A stretch of DNA of 63,671 nucleotides, filler included, from Polymyxa betae A26-41 (lineage: Eukaryota; Protista; Endomyxa: Phytomyxea), in NCBI GenBank assembly GCA_003693705.1. It is 6 parts of 6 records of this genome, joined end to end, with 100 filler letters (N's around TTAATTAATTAA, not from the genome) between each part and the next. Parts side by side here need not be neighbours in the genome. Positions count along the whole stretch, not along the records: positions 22,365 to 42,236 come from RBZT01000823.1; positions 42,337 to 46,506 come from RBZT01000057.1; positions 46,607 to 50,153 come from RBZT01000220.1; 3 more parts are not named here. One strand, 5' to 3'. The position numbers and the translations under genes are program-made. Of this stretch, positions 35,190-48,617 are shown piece after piece. Below the pieces are notes generated by a model that worked only from the letters and a program-made list of their open reading frames with translations, did not search any database and was not told where the DNA came from. Each line of letters begins with the position of its first letter. Position 1 is the stretch's first letter.

Positions 35190-37990
35190 GAAATGAAAAG
35201 GACACAAGAAACAGGACAGGACAGAGCATGGGCTTAACAGAAGCAGCACTTACGGACAGGGTACCGGACCGGGCTCTTTAGCTGGTTGCGCTGCAGCGGC
35301 CTCTTCATCGGTTTTCGGAGGCTGCGCCTCTCGAGCTTCGAATGTTACGGTGGTAGGGTTTGTATGTGGCGTGGCACGACATTGCACTCCCCCAAAGTGG
35401 ACGGTGGCTGGGAAGAAGATGCGACGCCAATAATCACGAATGACTTGCTCGTCGTTAAAGCTGACACTGGGCTCACAGCAATCTTCCGAAACAAGTTGGC
35501 CTTTCCTCCAGACCAGGTAATGACGCTTGTTGCAGGGCCGCGATGACGGACGATATGGTCGACGACAAAACAAACTGATCTTGTGCAGGGTCTTTCAATA
35601 CGAACTTCATCTGAGCGGGAGCGGCAGAGCGGTGGTAGAGCTGTTGATCATGATCTAGGAGCAGGTAACTTCCGACGCGGGTCGGCAAAAAACCTTGTAA
35701 GGACCTTCATAAAACGGCTGCGTTTGCTAGAACGGGAGGGTCAATAACCATCGAATACGAACCAGGAGGATATTGAGCCTTTCAGAATACGTTTCGAGCA
35801 TGCAAACGTAGCGATGATCGATGGCGCAGGACACCTGGTCTAAAAGACGATTTTCGACTGCCAAAAGAGGCCGTCGCTCAGAAATTGCATTCTTACGCGA
35901 ACACGACGGTATGCATGTATAAGCTGCGACTCTTGATACATATGTTCGTTAGTAATCCTCCAGCGCAATGTTCAAAAGACGACCAAACATAACCTAAACG
36001 GTACCGATCCGTGAACAGCTGCGGATTTATCCTTCATGAACATCTGTACGACTGGGACGAATCGGCCCCAAAGACTATCGTCCCAGTCAAGTAGCTGGTG
36101 AATGGCGCGGCACGGAGTCTGAACAAACAGTTCGGCTAAACCATTTGCACGGGCGTGATACTTGATGACGAGGCGATGATCGATCCCTGCATGCTGTGTC
36201 ATATAATTGATCAATTGATTGACGAATTCGGTTCCATTGTCTGATTAAAACATTCGAGAACTGAAATCACAAACATAAGAACTGCGCATCAGTCACGGAC
36301 AATTCCGGTTCGTCTTGCAGAGAACGAGTTAAAGCGATGCGTGACTGATCGCAGACGATTACCAACATACCGGTGGGTTTGAGCTTCGTCCATCAATCGA
36401 TGCACATTCATTGCTATTTATGCTGACCGACAACGAAAATTTCGGCTCATAGCCGTCCGTCGCCTCGATGTCAACGGGTCAGTCAGAGAACGGATCCTTC
36501 TGCTCGAAGTGAGAGTTGGCTGCTGTCCGGTTCTGTGTCTGCGGGTAATGGATTTAGGAAGACAGACGCGATGTCAAACATCATATGGCAGCGATGAGAA
36601 CAAAATATTAACATTTTACAACAAAGACATGGAAGCGTCCGTACCTTTTGCACGCAGCAGATGACGGGGTTGGCGTGGACTATGCTAAAAGGATGAGCTA
36701 TCTGTCGCCTTAGAAGCTAAGCCGCGACCCTCGACGGTAGAATAGCTGCCTTGACCATGCCGTTCGTATTGCTTCAGTCCGCGACGCTTGTTATGTGGCA
36801 TGCTGAAGGATGGAGAAGCCTCAGACGACCCGGAATGCTCTTGTCGTGAGCGAGCCGATCTTTCAGCGGAGCAGTACAGAGTGAGCTGGGTGTTGTTCTG
36901 AAACTGTTCAGCCAGCGTACTGTCATCATGGGAAGCTGCTACATAAACACTATCCAATCTTGTCTGGATTACATCGAGCGCGTCTATTAGCCGTGAGATA
37001 TCGGTCACAAGTGATATAAATGAAAACAATTCAACAATATCACGTTATTGGAACCTTATAACGTGATATTTTTGAATTAGTTTTTCATTTATATGACTCT
37101 TAATTCTTGTTCGGTCGCGGACTGTTCGCCTTGGTTACGCTGGGACTGAACGAGATCTTGCTCGTCCAGGTGCTGCACTTCGTCGTCGACGAAGTGCTGG
37201 ATAAACCTGGTGCGGATCTCCTCCCATGGCAGACCTCTCTTAACCAGGTTTTCGCTGACCAGATCTCCCTCAGTCGAGTCTCAGCAGGCCGCGAGAGCAG
37301 CCGGATACATAACGACCAGATAGCTGTGAGCGCGTAAGCGTCAAACGAAGGAGATGAAATCGTCGGCAGGTCTAGACTCCTAAGCACTTGAGGCGTTTGA
37401 ATGGCGGCAGGCCCGCCTGGAGCCGTGCCAAGTACGACGGCGCCATCAGCGATTATCAGATCGTCCTCCTCGCGCACAAGAAGTCCTTCGATTTGGGCGA
37501 TGAGTGGAGGTCTAAGACGTGAGCGATCCACTGGGACGGACGCGGCGTCGTTTGGCCTGTCCTGGAGGCAGATGAACGGCGTTCGTATTCCGGCAGTGAG
37601 AACCTTCTTCTCCCGAATTATTCATTTCTAGCGTGGTTCGGACTCGCTTGAACAATATGATGATCACTCTAAAGGAAGTCGGCAGACAGAGGTCAAGCAG
37701 AATTGAACCTGCACTTTATTTCCAAAACGAATGAATATAGAAAGGGCGCAAGAAACAGGACAGGACAAGACTGGTCATGGGCTGCGCATTATGTACACGA
37801 GGGACTTACGCACTTGCTACGTGGCGTAATGGACAGCTGCTGGTCATTGCTGCTGTCTGAGCGGCCTCTTGACCTGGTTGCGCTGCAGCGGCCTCTTCAT
37901 CGGTTTTGGACCTTTTGGTGTTTTGGAAAAAGCTGCGCCTGATGAGCTTGGGAAGTTAGGGTTGTAGGGTTTGGGGTTTCGATGTCGACG
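35190..37990 (-). mobile_element. Degenerate chromovirus-type Ty3/gypsy LTR retrotransposon
   Basis: Diverged direct repeats (~35190-35381 and ~37660-37990) share CAAGAAACAGGACAGGACA and CTGGTTGCGCTGCAGCGGCCTCTTCATCGGTTTT. PPT-like GGGGGAG precedes the 3' LTR. Integrase NGTEFVN..YHARANGLAE and chromodomain HYLV...EP..F..EQVIRDYW. Confidence 0.8.
37014..37094. repeat. AT-rich hairpin (~35-bp arms, 9-nt loop)
   Basis: ATATAAATGAAAACAATTCAACAATATCACGTTAT-TGGAACCTT-ATAACGTGATATTTTTGAATTAGTTTTTCATTTATAT. Confidence 0.85.
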
Positions 37991-38886
37991 CCAGTTTCTG
38001 ATTTCGATCATCATCTGACTCGTAATCTAATTAATCGAACTGGTCCTAGATCACACTTCCCTCGCTGTCTTGACGTCGTGAATTTCTAGTTTCGAGCCAT
38101 GGACAGAATTGACTCTCTGCCGCGCGCCATGGTCGGTTAGATTGCCTGGCCGAACTCTTATCGGCCCCATCCAAACATCACAGTGCCGTACTGGACCCTT
38201 TTTTTCTGTAACTCAATATCAACACCTGTGTGTCCACGTCGGCAGTCGTGTCTCGACCGATCGTCGCTGATCTCGTCCGACACAATCAGTGACGCCTTCG
38301 ACCAAATGAGGGTTTTCTCTGTCTGGTGTTAGGCCCAGGTACCTGTCACAGCTTTCAAATTTCTTCAATGGGATATGAAACTTTGTATCAAATGAGAGAA
38401 ATCGGAGATCATGTCCAAAATAACAATTTCCATGAAATATGGCTGAACACCAAAAAACATGACAGCAGAAAAAAATCCGACATCGGTACCCGGAGGTCTG
38501 GATTCGAAATTGAGATTAGACTATGTGCGAAGTCTCTGCCCATCTTGCATCAATACGTACTACTAAATATCCTTATACAAGCAACACGAACAAAAATCCT
38601 TGTCATTACTCGGTGTCATATTAATTAGGGAACTCTGTCTTGAAATTAGTCATCAAATTGTCATTTGTATGAGCAAAATGTATGACCAAATAGCGATGAT
38701 GATGGATAGAGATTCCAATGAGACCGATGCAGGCAGGGACAGTACGGCTGGGGGCAGCCCGTAACCCCAACTGGGGCCAGTGGGCTGCACCCCTGGGTCG
38801 CGCCCACTGAGATCGACAGAACTTCGCGTGATTCTCGACCTACATGAGAGCTCATTGCAGAATCTCTTCTAGATAGGGTCGAATCA

Positions 38887-39427
38887 ATGCCCTATACAAT
38901 ACGAGAGATGGTCTCCTGGCAGCTAAATCGTTCCGGGGAGCGGAATGGGACTCTATCGATTCTCCATCTAAAGCCATCAACTAAGCTCAGGGCAGGCTCC
39001 TGGATAGCTCTCATCCGGGCAATTCTTTCGATATCATTTATCATCGCTCAGCTCGCTTTCTCCAATGAAACTCTCCCCATAATCAATCATAGTTTTTTGG
39101 AGAGAGTCACTCTCATGTGTGATGCGTTCTTTGCTATTTCTTATTTTATATTGGCATGGAAGGCATGCAGACGAAGATCTCCTCATGCTGTAAATCAACA
39201 TTTTCAAGCTGATCATGGTCGCTTTTACGACGATCCTCATCATGATTGTCATCGATGTGTTCAGAGAATTGAGCTCCCAAAGCTTTCTGATGTTCGTACT
39301 TGTAATATTCTGGCCATTTGATCTATTATTTGCGTATATTGCCAAAATAGAATTCGAGATTACAGCTCATGGGGACACTATGACATCAATTGGGATTCCA
39401 ACATATCATGTCCCATATTATGACTGA
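38887..39427 (+). CDS. Possible small multi-pass membrane protein (spliced or frameshifted)
   Basis: Hydrophobic helices in the overlapping ORFs 38887-39321 and 39215-39427. Confidence 0.35.
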
Positions 39428-39616
39428 AATATTCGACCTGTTTTTACAGAATACCAAAATCATTCCTGACCTCTGTTCGTCTAATCAAGAATCGGCAGCA
39501 ATATGTTCATTCACCATCGAACACGAAACCAAGTTTCTGGAGGAGTTTTGCAGAGGGTTCTCCTCATATCATGAAAATGTTAAAATACAAATTGTATTGT
39601 TACAGGATCGCGTTAC

Positions 39617-40924
39617 TCATGACACAAACACCGTCGTACTATCTCTAGCCCGAACATCATGTCGATCATCAAATTCGGTGGAATCTGTTGCTGTTCTTTT
39701 CGCAGCCCTATTCGAGATTTGGATGTGGCTATCGCTTTGATCGAATCCTGTAGCGATCTGTTTAGCAGCATTACCAGATGCCACCCCAGCTAATGCATCA
39801 ATAGCGGCTTCAGATGCCACATTTCCTTTAACCCAATCGGACTGCATATGACGTTCTACAGGAGCATCAAGAGCATGATATTCCTCCACGATGCCTTTGT
39901 GTACAGCCGCTTGATGGCTTCGGACATCTTCCAGAGCGCGATCGCGACCTGCAGCACCAAGCGGTGCGAACACGGCGCCGCTCTCAGCTGCTTTCGAAGA
40001 GGCGACGGCATTGACCACACGGTTCGCTTTGTCAACATGACGCTGATCAACGATGATGCCGGCGTCGGGGATCGTATTCACGAATCTGGATCTGTCCCGA
40101 GTAGCTGCAAAATCAGCAGAGCTGGAACCGGACGCCAGTCCACCTGCTATAATATTGGCTTGTGAGCCAGCGGCTTTGTTGGTTACCCCTCGATCATATC
40201 TAACAAAAAAAATCGTATCTCAGAGAGAATGGACTTTTTAGGTGAAAAATACAAAAAAAGAAGTAAAAAAAAACAATATAAAAAAATAAAAACGAATTGA
40301 AAAAAGAAATGAAATCAGTTGCTTACTGCTCTTCATCAAGCAGTTCAGCTCTAGCAAATTGATCAACATGTTCAGTATCCGCCATATCTTGATGACGATT
40401 AACGAAGTTTCGAGCGGATTTAGCTCCAGCTGATACAGCACCAGGGATCTTGGCGATTTCGGCCATACTACGCCTCTCTTCGTGCATATTGCCACTATCA
40501 ATACCGATCTGTGCCATATCACCAACTTGACGAATCTCTCTGGTTCTATTCACTGCCAACATTCCACGATCATATTCGCCCGATTTCCCAATCTGTTGTT
40601 CACCAGCGGCAACATATCCATCAGGACCTTTTCCATCATTAGGGTTTAGGGTTTATAAAATGCTTGAATGTTACCTGCAGCTATGTTTGCATCACGTTCT
40701 GCTATTTGTCCTGTTGCAGCACGATTAAACAACCGAGTAGATTCATCTAGATCAGTCTGTTCGACGGCATCTAGAAGACGTGATCGATACCCTTTCTGAA
40801 ACGCGTCGCCGGCGATGTTCTTCGAGCGGGCACGGCTGGCCAACGCCGGCAACGGAATACCCGCCCATGAGTTGGGAATCAGAACGGCTAGGGCAACGGC
40901 TACAACAACTATGAAGGTCGTCAT
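39617..40924 (-). CDS. Predicted secreted Ala/Asp/Arg-rich orphan protein, 3 exons (effector candidate)
   Basis: Signal peptide MTTFIVVVAVALAVLIPNSWAG. ORFs 40646-40924, 40323-40562 and 39617-40081 can be joined by GT-AG introns, one AT-rich and one containing AAACCCTAAACCCTAA. Confidence 0.72.
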
Positions 40925-41894
40925 AAACCTAATGATAAGATTATGAAAGTTGGGTTTCGGTCATTCTTGAGATACTTTCATGATGTTGAAGGTTACGTCG
41001 TTTATCGGCCATTTTTGTCCATAGATAAATATGGATAGAATTTCATGGCGTTATTGCAGGGCATTCATAAATTCGTTCAGCATTTTTACTGAACTCTTCA
41101 ATCTTGTCTTCAATCTTGTAATGACAAGAAGCATATCTAGGAAGCATTCGAGACAGTTTGACATTGTTCATGAAGAAACAGTCTTATGGAGAATCATATC
41201 AGCTACTATCGAAAGGTCCTATTCTGCAGTCCCCAAACACCGGAGCCAGATCTTGGCCAGGCAGCCTTAGCAGAAGCCAAATAAATTGGCGCGAATTTGC
41301 CGCATTGTGAGATCGGAGAGGATCCGACAACAGAATCCGGAAACGAGCTTCTGTTCAAGAGAAAATGAGGGCTTTAGAAATTGGAAAAAAATTCAAAACG
41401 ATAATATGATTTGAATGAAATGGCATGGAAAAACGATACGATAATGGACGAGTCATGATCTATATCTTCGGTATTACAACATATGAGTTCCACCAACGCT
41501 ATCGCCCTAAATGGATGAATATCAGTGCTTGCAAACGAAATTACACGGATATTGTGGGCCTTCGCCAATACAGTCGTAATTCAGGAAGACGGCGAAATGT
41601 CAGTTTGGAAAGGTCAAAATGGTCTCATAATCAGAAAATCCAGCCAACAACCGGTATTTTCCAAACGATATTCAGAATATCTTCATCCAATACATTTTTT
41701 GCAGCCTCAATATGCCAATTCATTAAAGTTTCTTAAAGAATTATTACATCTCCTGGCAATAAAATGTCTACCCGGAATGTACATAAAGCTATTGTATCTG
41801 AATAAAAAAACATTGGAGAATGGGGTATTCGAAACCCCGACCTCGTCGTTGCTAACGACGCGTGATGACCAACTACACCAATTCCCCAGATGAT

Positions 41895-42220
41895 CCATTT
41901 GTTAGCATATGAGCGCTGTTAGATCAATCTCGAGATATCAATAGCGTTGACTCACGCTAATTCAACCGGAAGCATTGTCTTCCGCTTGCATTCTAACAAA
42001 TAAAACACTTCTTCAAACACATTCCAGTTCAAAACCCTCTCCCGTCTAACACCATTTGTTAGCATATGAGCGCTGTTAAAGCAATCTCGAGATATCAATA
42101 GCGTTGACTCGCGCTTAGTCAACCGGAAACATTGCCTTCCGTTTACATTCTAAGAAATAAAACACTTCTTCAAACACATTCCAGTTCTAAACCCTCTTCC
42201 GTCTAACACTATTTGTTAGG
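41895..42220. repeat. 157-bp tandem repeat (2+ copies) at a contig end
   Basis: C(C/T)ATTTGTTAG at 41895, 42052 and 42209. Confidence 0.9.
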
Positions 42221-42336
42221 CGGCGTAGATTCTAAANNNNNNNNNNNNNNNNNNNNNNNNNNNNNNNNNNNNNNNNNNNNTTAATTAATTAANNNNNNNN
42301 NNNNNNNNNNNNNNNNNNNNNNNNNNNNNNNNNNNN

Positions 42337-43257
42337 GAAATGGTTTTTTGTTACCGAAGATGCTCAGCGATATTACCTACTGCCTGACGAAGATAACCCC
42401 GTGAGAACATGTCAAAACAAGAACTCCATTCAGAAAGTTATGTTTCTGGCAGCAGTCGCACGACCTGTATATGACAGTCAGGGAAACGTAATTTTTGATG
42501 GCAAATTGGGGATCTGGCCTTTTGTTACCAAGACAAAAGCGCAAAGGTCCAGTAAAAACCGTCCGGCAGGGACTTTGATAACTACAGATATCATCATAAA
42601 CAAGGAGACATACAGAAAATGCTTGATAGAGCAATTGCTTCCAGCAATTAGCAGAAAATGGCCTGTCGGTCACGATCTTAATCTCCCTGTCTCTATACAG
42701 CAGGATAATGCTAAGCCCCATATTCAAGTTGACGATGATGAATTCCTACAAGCTGCGTCTGCTTTGAGGGAGAATAATCTGGAGGTCCATCTACGTTTCC
42801 AGCCAGCCAACAGTCCAGACTTCAATGTCCTAGATTTGGGATTTTTCCGAGCCATTCAGAATGTGCAGCAAAAGAAGAAGTTTGTAAGCGTGGATGAGCT
42901 CATATCTGTAGTGCAGCACTCCTTTTTCGACATGCCAGATCAAGCGTTAAACTGCGTGTTCCTGACATTACAAACATGCATGCTGGGGTCAATGAAAAGA
43001 GAGGGGGGAAACGATTACAAAATTCCCCATCTGGGGAAGCAGAAGATGATCAGGGAGAACCGTCTTCCCTTGCAAATCAGTGTTGAACAGAACGTCATCA
43101 ATCAAGCATTGAGATGCTTAGAGACTGATGAAATAAAGCGAGATCTAATTGTTTCTAGAAGTGTACCTGTGACGGACTTATTGAGACAAAATTTGCGGCA
43201 CTTATTTTTGAATATTTTCCAAACCCATTTCCGACACTTATTTTTGAACGGAGGGAG
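42337..43257 (+). mobile_element. Plant-type (DD39D-like) mariner, 5' part lost in the gap
   Basis: EKWFF, KVMFLAAVARP, FDGKLGIWPF, QQDNAKPH, QPANSPDFNVLDLGFF and GGNDYKIPH motifs. 3' TIR ...GAACGGAGGGAG followed by TA (43258-43259). Confidence 0.93.
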
Positions 43258-44489
43258 TAATATACAATTCCTTGAATCCGTCTCAAGGCATGGGTGGGTT
43301 AAATGAAGGAACTCACTCACACCCACGACGACGCCAAAATTGGACGAATTTCGAAAAGCGCAGCTTTTCATTCTGTTATTCCCTTTATAAAAGAGATGTC
43401 AACCCAGCTCTCAATCTGAAAGCTCCCTCTCCGTATTCGAGGTCTTTGTGCTCTCCTGCAGATATTTGCCATTTGATCGAGACTGCTCATTTTGAGAGAG
43501 AATGTGAACACTCGAGGTTGATGTAGAAGGCCAGGAACCGGCTCATTCATTGATGTTATGTATAAATGTATAAAGCTGTCTCATGTTATTACACTTTAGA
43601 ATGAAGTTTTTTGCTCATCATTCATCAGCGATTCAGCAAAACTGACGTTCTGCCAATGGCAGGGAACTCAGAAACATTCTGACGAATGGGAGGCTCGCTC
43701 TGGAATTAGGAAGACAAGGAAGCTTTCACAATGAGGAGCATTCGGATCGTACGATCTGGAAAAAGCGTTTCAAGAGCTCTTGCACAGCAAATTGTGTAGC
43801 TGAATATTGTTCATTCAAGACTGAAAGGAGTAGGCGACCGATGTGAAATTGATACAATTCCAGCATGAGAAACCGGTGCTCGATTCTTGTCAGTGAATTC
43901 GTTGAAGAATCGGAGAATTGCTCATGTTTTTGGGACCCTCCAAAAATATCGCGAATTTTCGACATAGGTGAGCCAAACCATAATTTCAGTATAAACTCGC
44001 ATACATCGACTGAAATATGTTAACATTTCAGGATCCATTCATACCAGAACCGAATCTGCAGTATCATGTTCAAAATTGCGAAGCCAGGACGCAGAGGATT
44101 AACTGGGATCCGTTAGTTAGTGAAAAACACAAAAATACTTCATAAGCTGAATACTCTAAGAGAACAATAGCTATCCTGAAGAGTAACTGGTGGTGTAGCC
44201 TGATTATAATTCTTGTTTGAGCGACTACCACAAGATTCAGAAAATGTAATGAGTAGCGAACTTCAAATTTGCAATCACAATTCTCGAAAAATACGATTAA
44301 GGAATCAAATTGTAGTACGAGAGGGAGAGCGTTTTCGCTACAAAGGAATTTTGTTCGTAAAAAGACGGCAGACACAGAACAACTATCAGCAGCGAGGTCC
44401 TTTGTGACGACTTGCCGCAAATTAAAAGAAGCTTAAGCAGATTGATATATTGATACAGCGGGGAGAATTGAAAAATGAATTTGAGAAAG

Positions 44490-46048
44490 TTAGAGTGGGT
44501 TGTAGAGCTGCACGAAATGAGCGTTCGGATCGTGTTTCGACTTATAAGCAATAGATAAGAAGATCTGCTCCAGTGTGGCTTCTCCAACGATAGCATCCTG
44601 AACAGGAATATCACGGCCGTGTTCATGAACGAATGCGAACAAAGAAGCCAACGATTGCACTTGCGCTTTTGGAATCCAGAATCGCAGATGAGTTCCATCA
44701 GCTTCAACCAGGACGGAGCGAGGATACTGGTTTGAGAACCAGTTACGAATCTCACCAACATGTTCTCGAGCGGTGGCGTTCAGATCAATTTGGTAATGAT
44801 TACCAAATTTACGTGAGAGATGGCCGGCGCTTCCAGACAGACGATCTCTCCGTTGACCATGATTGAGATACGATCACAGACAGCTTCGGCTTCATCCAGC
44901 TGATGAGTAGTCAAGAGCAGACAGCGGCTAGGGTCGGCTTGAATTTCAGCGAACATTGCCCAAAATCGACGTCGACCGGCAGGATCCACACCGGTAGAAG
45001 GCTCATCCAGCAGCACCACGTTGCGCTTGATCATGAGGGCCAGAGCGACACACAGCTTATGCTTCATTCCGCCAGAATACGTTTCGCTTCGGCGATCAGC
45101 TGCCTTGTCAAGACCAACATTGAAAAGCATGTTGTCGACCAATTCAGATCGAATATCTTCCGGGACCCCCTGGAAAACGAATCAAAATTATGCAAAAAGC
45201 TAGAGAAAGAAATCAAATATCATAATAAAGATTGAGCTTAGGAACTTGAAAGGAAAATGCAAACATACTGCTAATCGATCGAAAAACGTCAACTGCTGCC
45301 TTCCAGTCATCTTTCCAATGAGAATTTTGTCATGCTGAGGGACAAAGCCAATTTGTTGACGAGCCGCCGACTCGTCCTCGTTAACATTGATGCCGGCAAC
45401 CTTGACATAACCACGAGATGGAGCAGAGATACCAAGCATGCACTGAATCGAGCTCGTTTTTCCACTTCCATTGATACCGAGGAAAGCCAAAGACTGCCCT
45501 CCGAGAACTCCCACATTGATTCCTCGAACAGCAACAGTCTTGTTGTAGGATTTCGCCAAATCCACAACCTGAAGAACATCATTTGCTCCTGACTTGATGC
45601 GGTTCGATTCCAACAGGACGTCTTCGTCAGATACGCGCCCAGTTTCCAGTCCAGTAAGAGGGCTGCTAAAAGAAGCCAGACGGTTTGGATGCAAGCGATG
45701 ATGCTCAGCAACAATGGCGAGAGCAAAGTAAGTAACTCCCATCACGATGAAAAGAATAATCACAGTAGACGGTGACATTACATCGTCACCGATACGTCGT
45801 CCAAAGAACAGGATAATCTGATGGATTTGGCAAGCTTGTGCAACGTATTTCAAGAAGGGCAGCCATATTGAGATCAGAGTCATAAGGTCAACAATCACCA
45901 CCGGGACCCAAGCGGCCTTGAAAGGACTGATGGAGTTTGAGGCCGATTGAATTCGGATGATTCGCCGCAGCTCGACGATCGTCAATTTCAGTACGCCATC
46001 GATAACGCCTTTCAAGCCTGCATTCGGATTCGAGACGATCCCTCTCAC
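44490..46048 (-). pseudogene. ABCA-family transporter C-terminal half (TM plus NBD), frameshifted
   Basis: Walker A GINGSGKTS, Q-loop GFVPQ, YSGGMKHKL, LLDEPSTGVDP and LTTH. A frameshift after IVCL gives GSAGHLSRKFG...TLEQIFL. Confidence 0.85.
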
Positions 46049-47158
46049 GGCGTTCTGAAATCGTTCATGTTAAACTGTATCTTCCGATACATTACAGAAT
46101 GCGATTTCTTGCCTCAGATCCTCGATGATTTTCAAATATTCTCCGATCAACAATTACTCGATCTAATACGGACACAATCGATGTTCCCGCGCTTTTTTAC
46201 GATACTCGACGAGATCCGCGACGACAATCTCGATCTGTATGAACGATTTCTGCGACTGTGAAGGTTCACCGAGTCGAGGCCGCGCCGAATCCGATCCGGA
46301 ATCCGCACGGATCTATGCAGGTCCGCCGCTGCGATGATCATAATGATTACGAGCTCTTCGAACGCCTGAGTTCGTGTTTCGAATATCGTTTTCCTTGACG
46401 ATTGATTTCGTGATTCTGTAGATGATGAGGGAGGCAGTACGACCGTATTTCGTGCCCGTTGTCAACGTGATCCCGCCCAACGACCCGTTGCCCTCAAGAT
46501 CCGAAANNNNNNNNNNNNNNNNNNNNNNNNNNNNNNNNNNNNNNNNNNNNTTAATTAATTAANNNNNNNNNNNNNNNNNNNNNNNNNNNNNNNNNNNNNN
46601 NNNNNNGAATGGAATGAGAGAATATGACAGTTGTACTGGAATTCGAAATCAGGCCCAAAACCTCGTTCAGGCCTGTCATGTGTAGTTCCGGACTTCCGGA
46701 CTCCGAAAGCGACTCACGCAGTCTCATCCGCCACTGGGCCACCAGTGGCGACGAGTCGGCTTGTTAAGGTTTTCCCCGTGTCATAGCCTCCACGGATACT
46801 TCCTTTCGATCAGTCCTCAGGATCAATCCGAATCTTTGAATGACCCTGCTTCCTATTAGTCTCGGTTGTGAGTGTGATGAGCCCTTACCAACGATTGCCT
46901 TACAAGGCGTCAAACACACTTGATCAACGCATGATTAGAACTAAGATATTTATAGAGTACTTTTTGATCCGACCGTTTGTTTGATGTCGATCGTACCGCA
47001 TGATAGCAGGTACACAGTGAGTGTAGAAATCCTAAGAACTCCGAGCTTCGAGATTTAGGGCAAAATCAATTCTGTATTCTCGCTCCCAGATCCAGACCGG
47101 ATATTCCGTTACGGAGTCAAATGAATCCACGGGCACGGCGGAGCTCGTCCTGAGTATA

Positions 47159-47540
47159 CCGTACCGGAAGTCTTAATCCTCATGTACTGCCAAATTGATT
47201 TCCAAAATGCGTACGCATTTTTCCGAAATACCATCATTTTTCAGAAGGCGTGACTGCGCAAATCACTTTTTTATCACTTTCGAACAGTGCGCTTGGATAT
47301 TATATACTGCGTGTGAGTTTTCTCTACAATCCCCCATACAGCTGCCAAAATACATTTTTTTTTCACTAAAACTCGGCAAATCATTAATATTTTTTACAAA
47401 ATAATTCTATAATCTTGTTCGGGACGATGAGATCTATCGATTTATAGAGTGTTTGGTGGCCGATGGGTCTTGGGCTCGGAGGCTTAGGGATATATGCGAT
47501 TTTGTATGGGCGCAGATGAGGATTAAGACTTCCGGTACGG
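47159..47540. mobile_element. Tc1/mariner-pogo type MITE
   Basis: Perfect 25-bp TIRs CCGTACCGGAAGTCTTAATCCTCAT. TA TSD at 47157-47158 and 47541-47542. Confidence 0.92.
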
Positions 47541-48617
47541 TAGGGATGCTTTATATATAGTAAAATATAGTATTTTTTCTGGGAATATTCAGGAAATAAT
47601 TGACACCCTCCCCTCATCGAAAAACTTATCTGGCTCTTGAATCGTTCTCATAAATCACATAAACTTCTCTATTAAGGTTTAGGGTTTTAGGGTTTGAACA
47701 GTGCCTGTCTTTGAAACACATTTTGAAAATTCTAACACCTTTCTACATCGTTGTGCCTCTGTGTGTGAAGGGCTCCGGTTCAGGCCACTATGGGACCTCA
47801 GCAATTTGATCTCAGCTGGTTCAGACTTCACCCGATGACATGGATTTTTCTTTCGGCATCGAATGGTCAAACCGATGTGGTGAGCGCGCGCAGCGGCTGG
47901 TTCAAATGCAGGTAGATGCGAAAATAGTTCAATTGAGAGACAATTCGGTCAGACTCGCTAAAGTTGATTCTCCCAAATGTCAAGATGCTCTCAAAGAATT
48001 CGAACCGAGTTCAAGGCATTTCAAGCTGAAGTGATTTGCAGCAACTTCACCTTACGCACTCTTCGAATTCATAAAAATATCTCGCAAAACTGACATATCG
48101 ATTTGGACCTGTAGTAAAACGTCAAAAATCTTGAAAGCTTAAAATGTTTGAAAAAATTCTTTAATGTTTGAACATGCTGAAGAGCCTAAGCAGATTTTCT
48201 GATATGACATAGTTGGATCCTTGTTGAGTGTGGATTCCATCACGAGCATTTGCAGGTCGTCAAATGCCGTACTGCCCCCAGCTGCACGGGAAACGTCTAC
48301 TGACACCAAGTCCAGAGGCCGCTTTTGCGGACTCCCACGACGCTTTGTTAGCCTGACTTCGGATGTCTTTTAATGACGCACTACTACTCGATCGATCTGT
48401 GTCACGACCTTTCTCCTTTCCATAAAAGACCCAGATTCCATCGCCCTTCATCTGCCGGTTTCTCTTTCAGTTATTGAGAGCCTGGCTGTCGCTATGTCGA
48501 GCCACGATTCAAATTTCGATCAAACATAGGCTACAGAACACAGATTTTGACTGAACCATTTCGAAAGTGTATGACATCGACTACCTGGGCATTGTTTTCA
48601 TGTCAAAAGACCAACTA

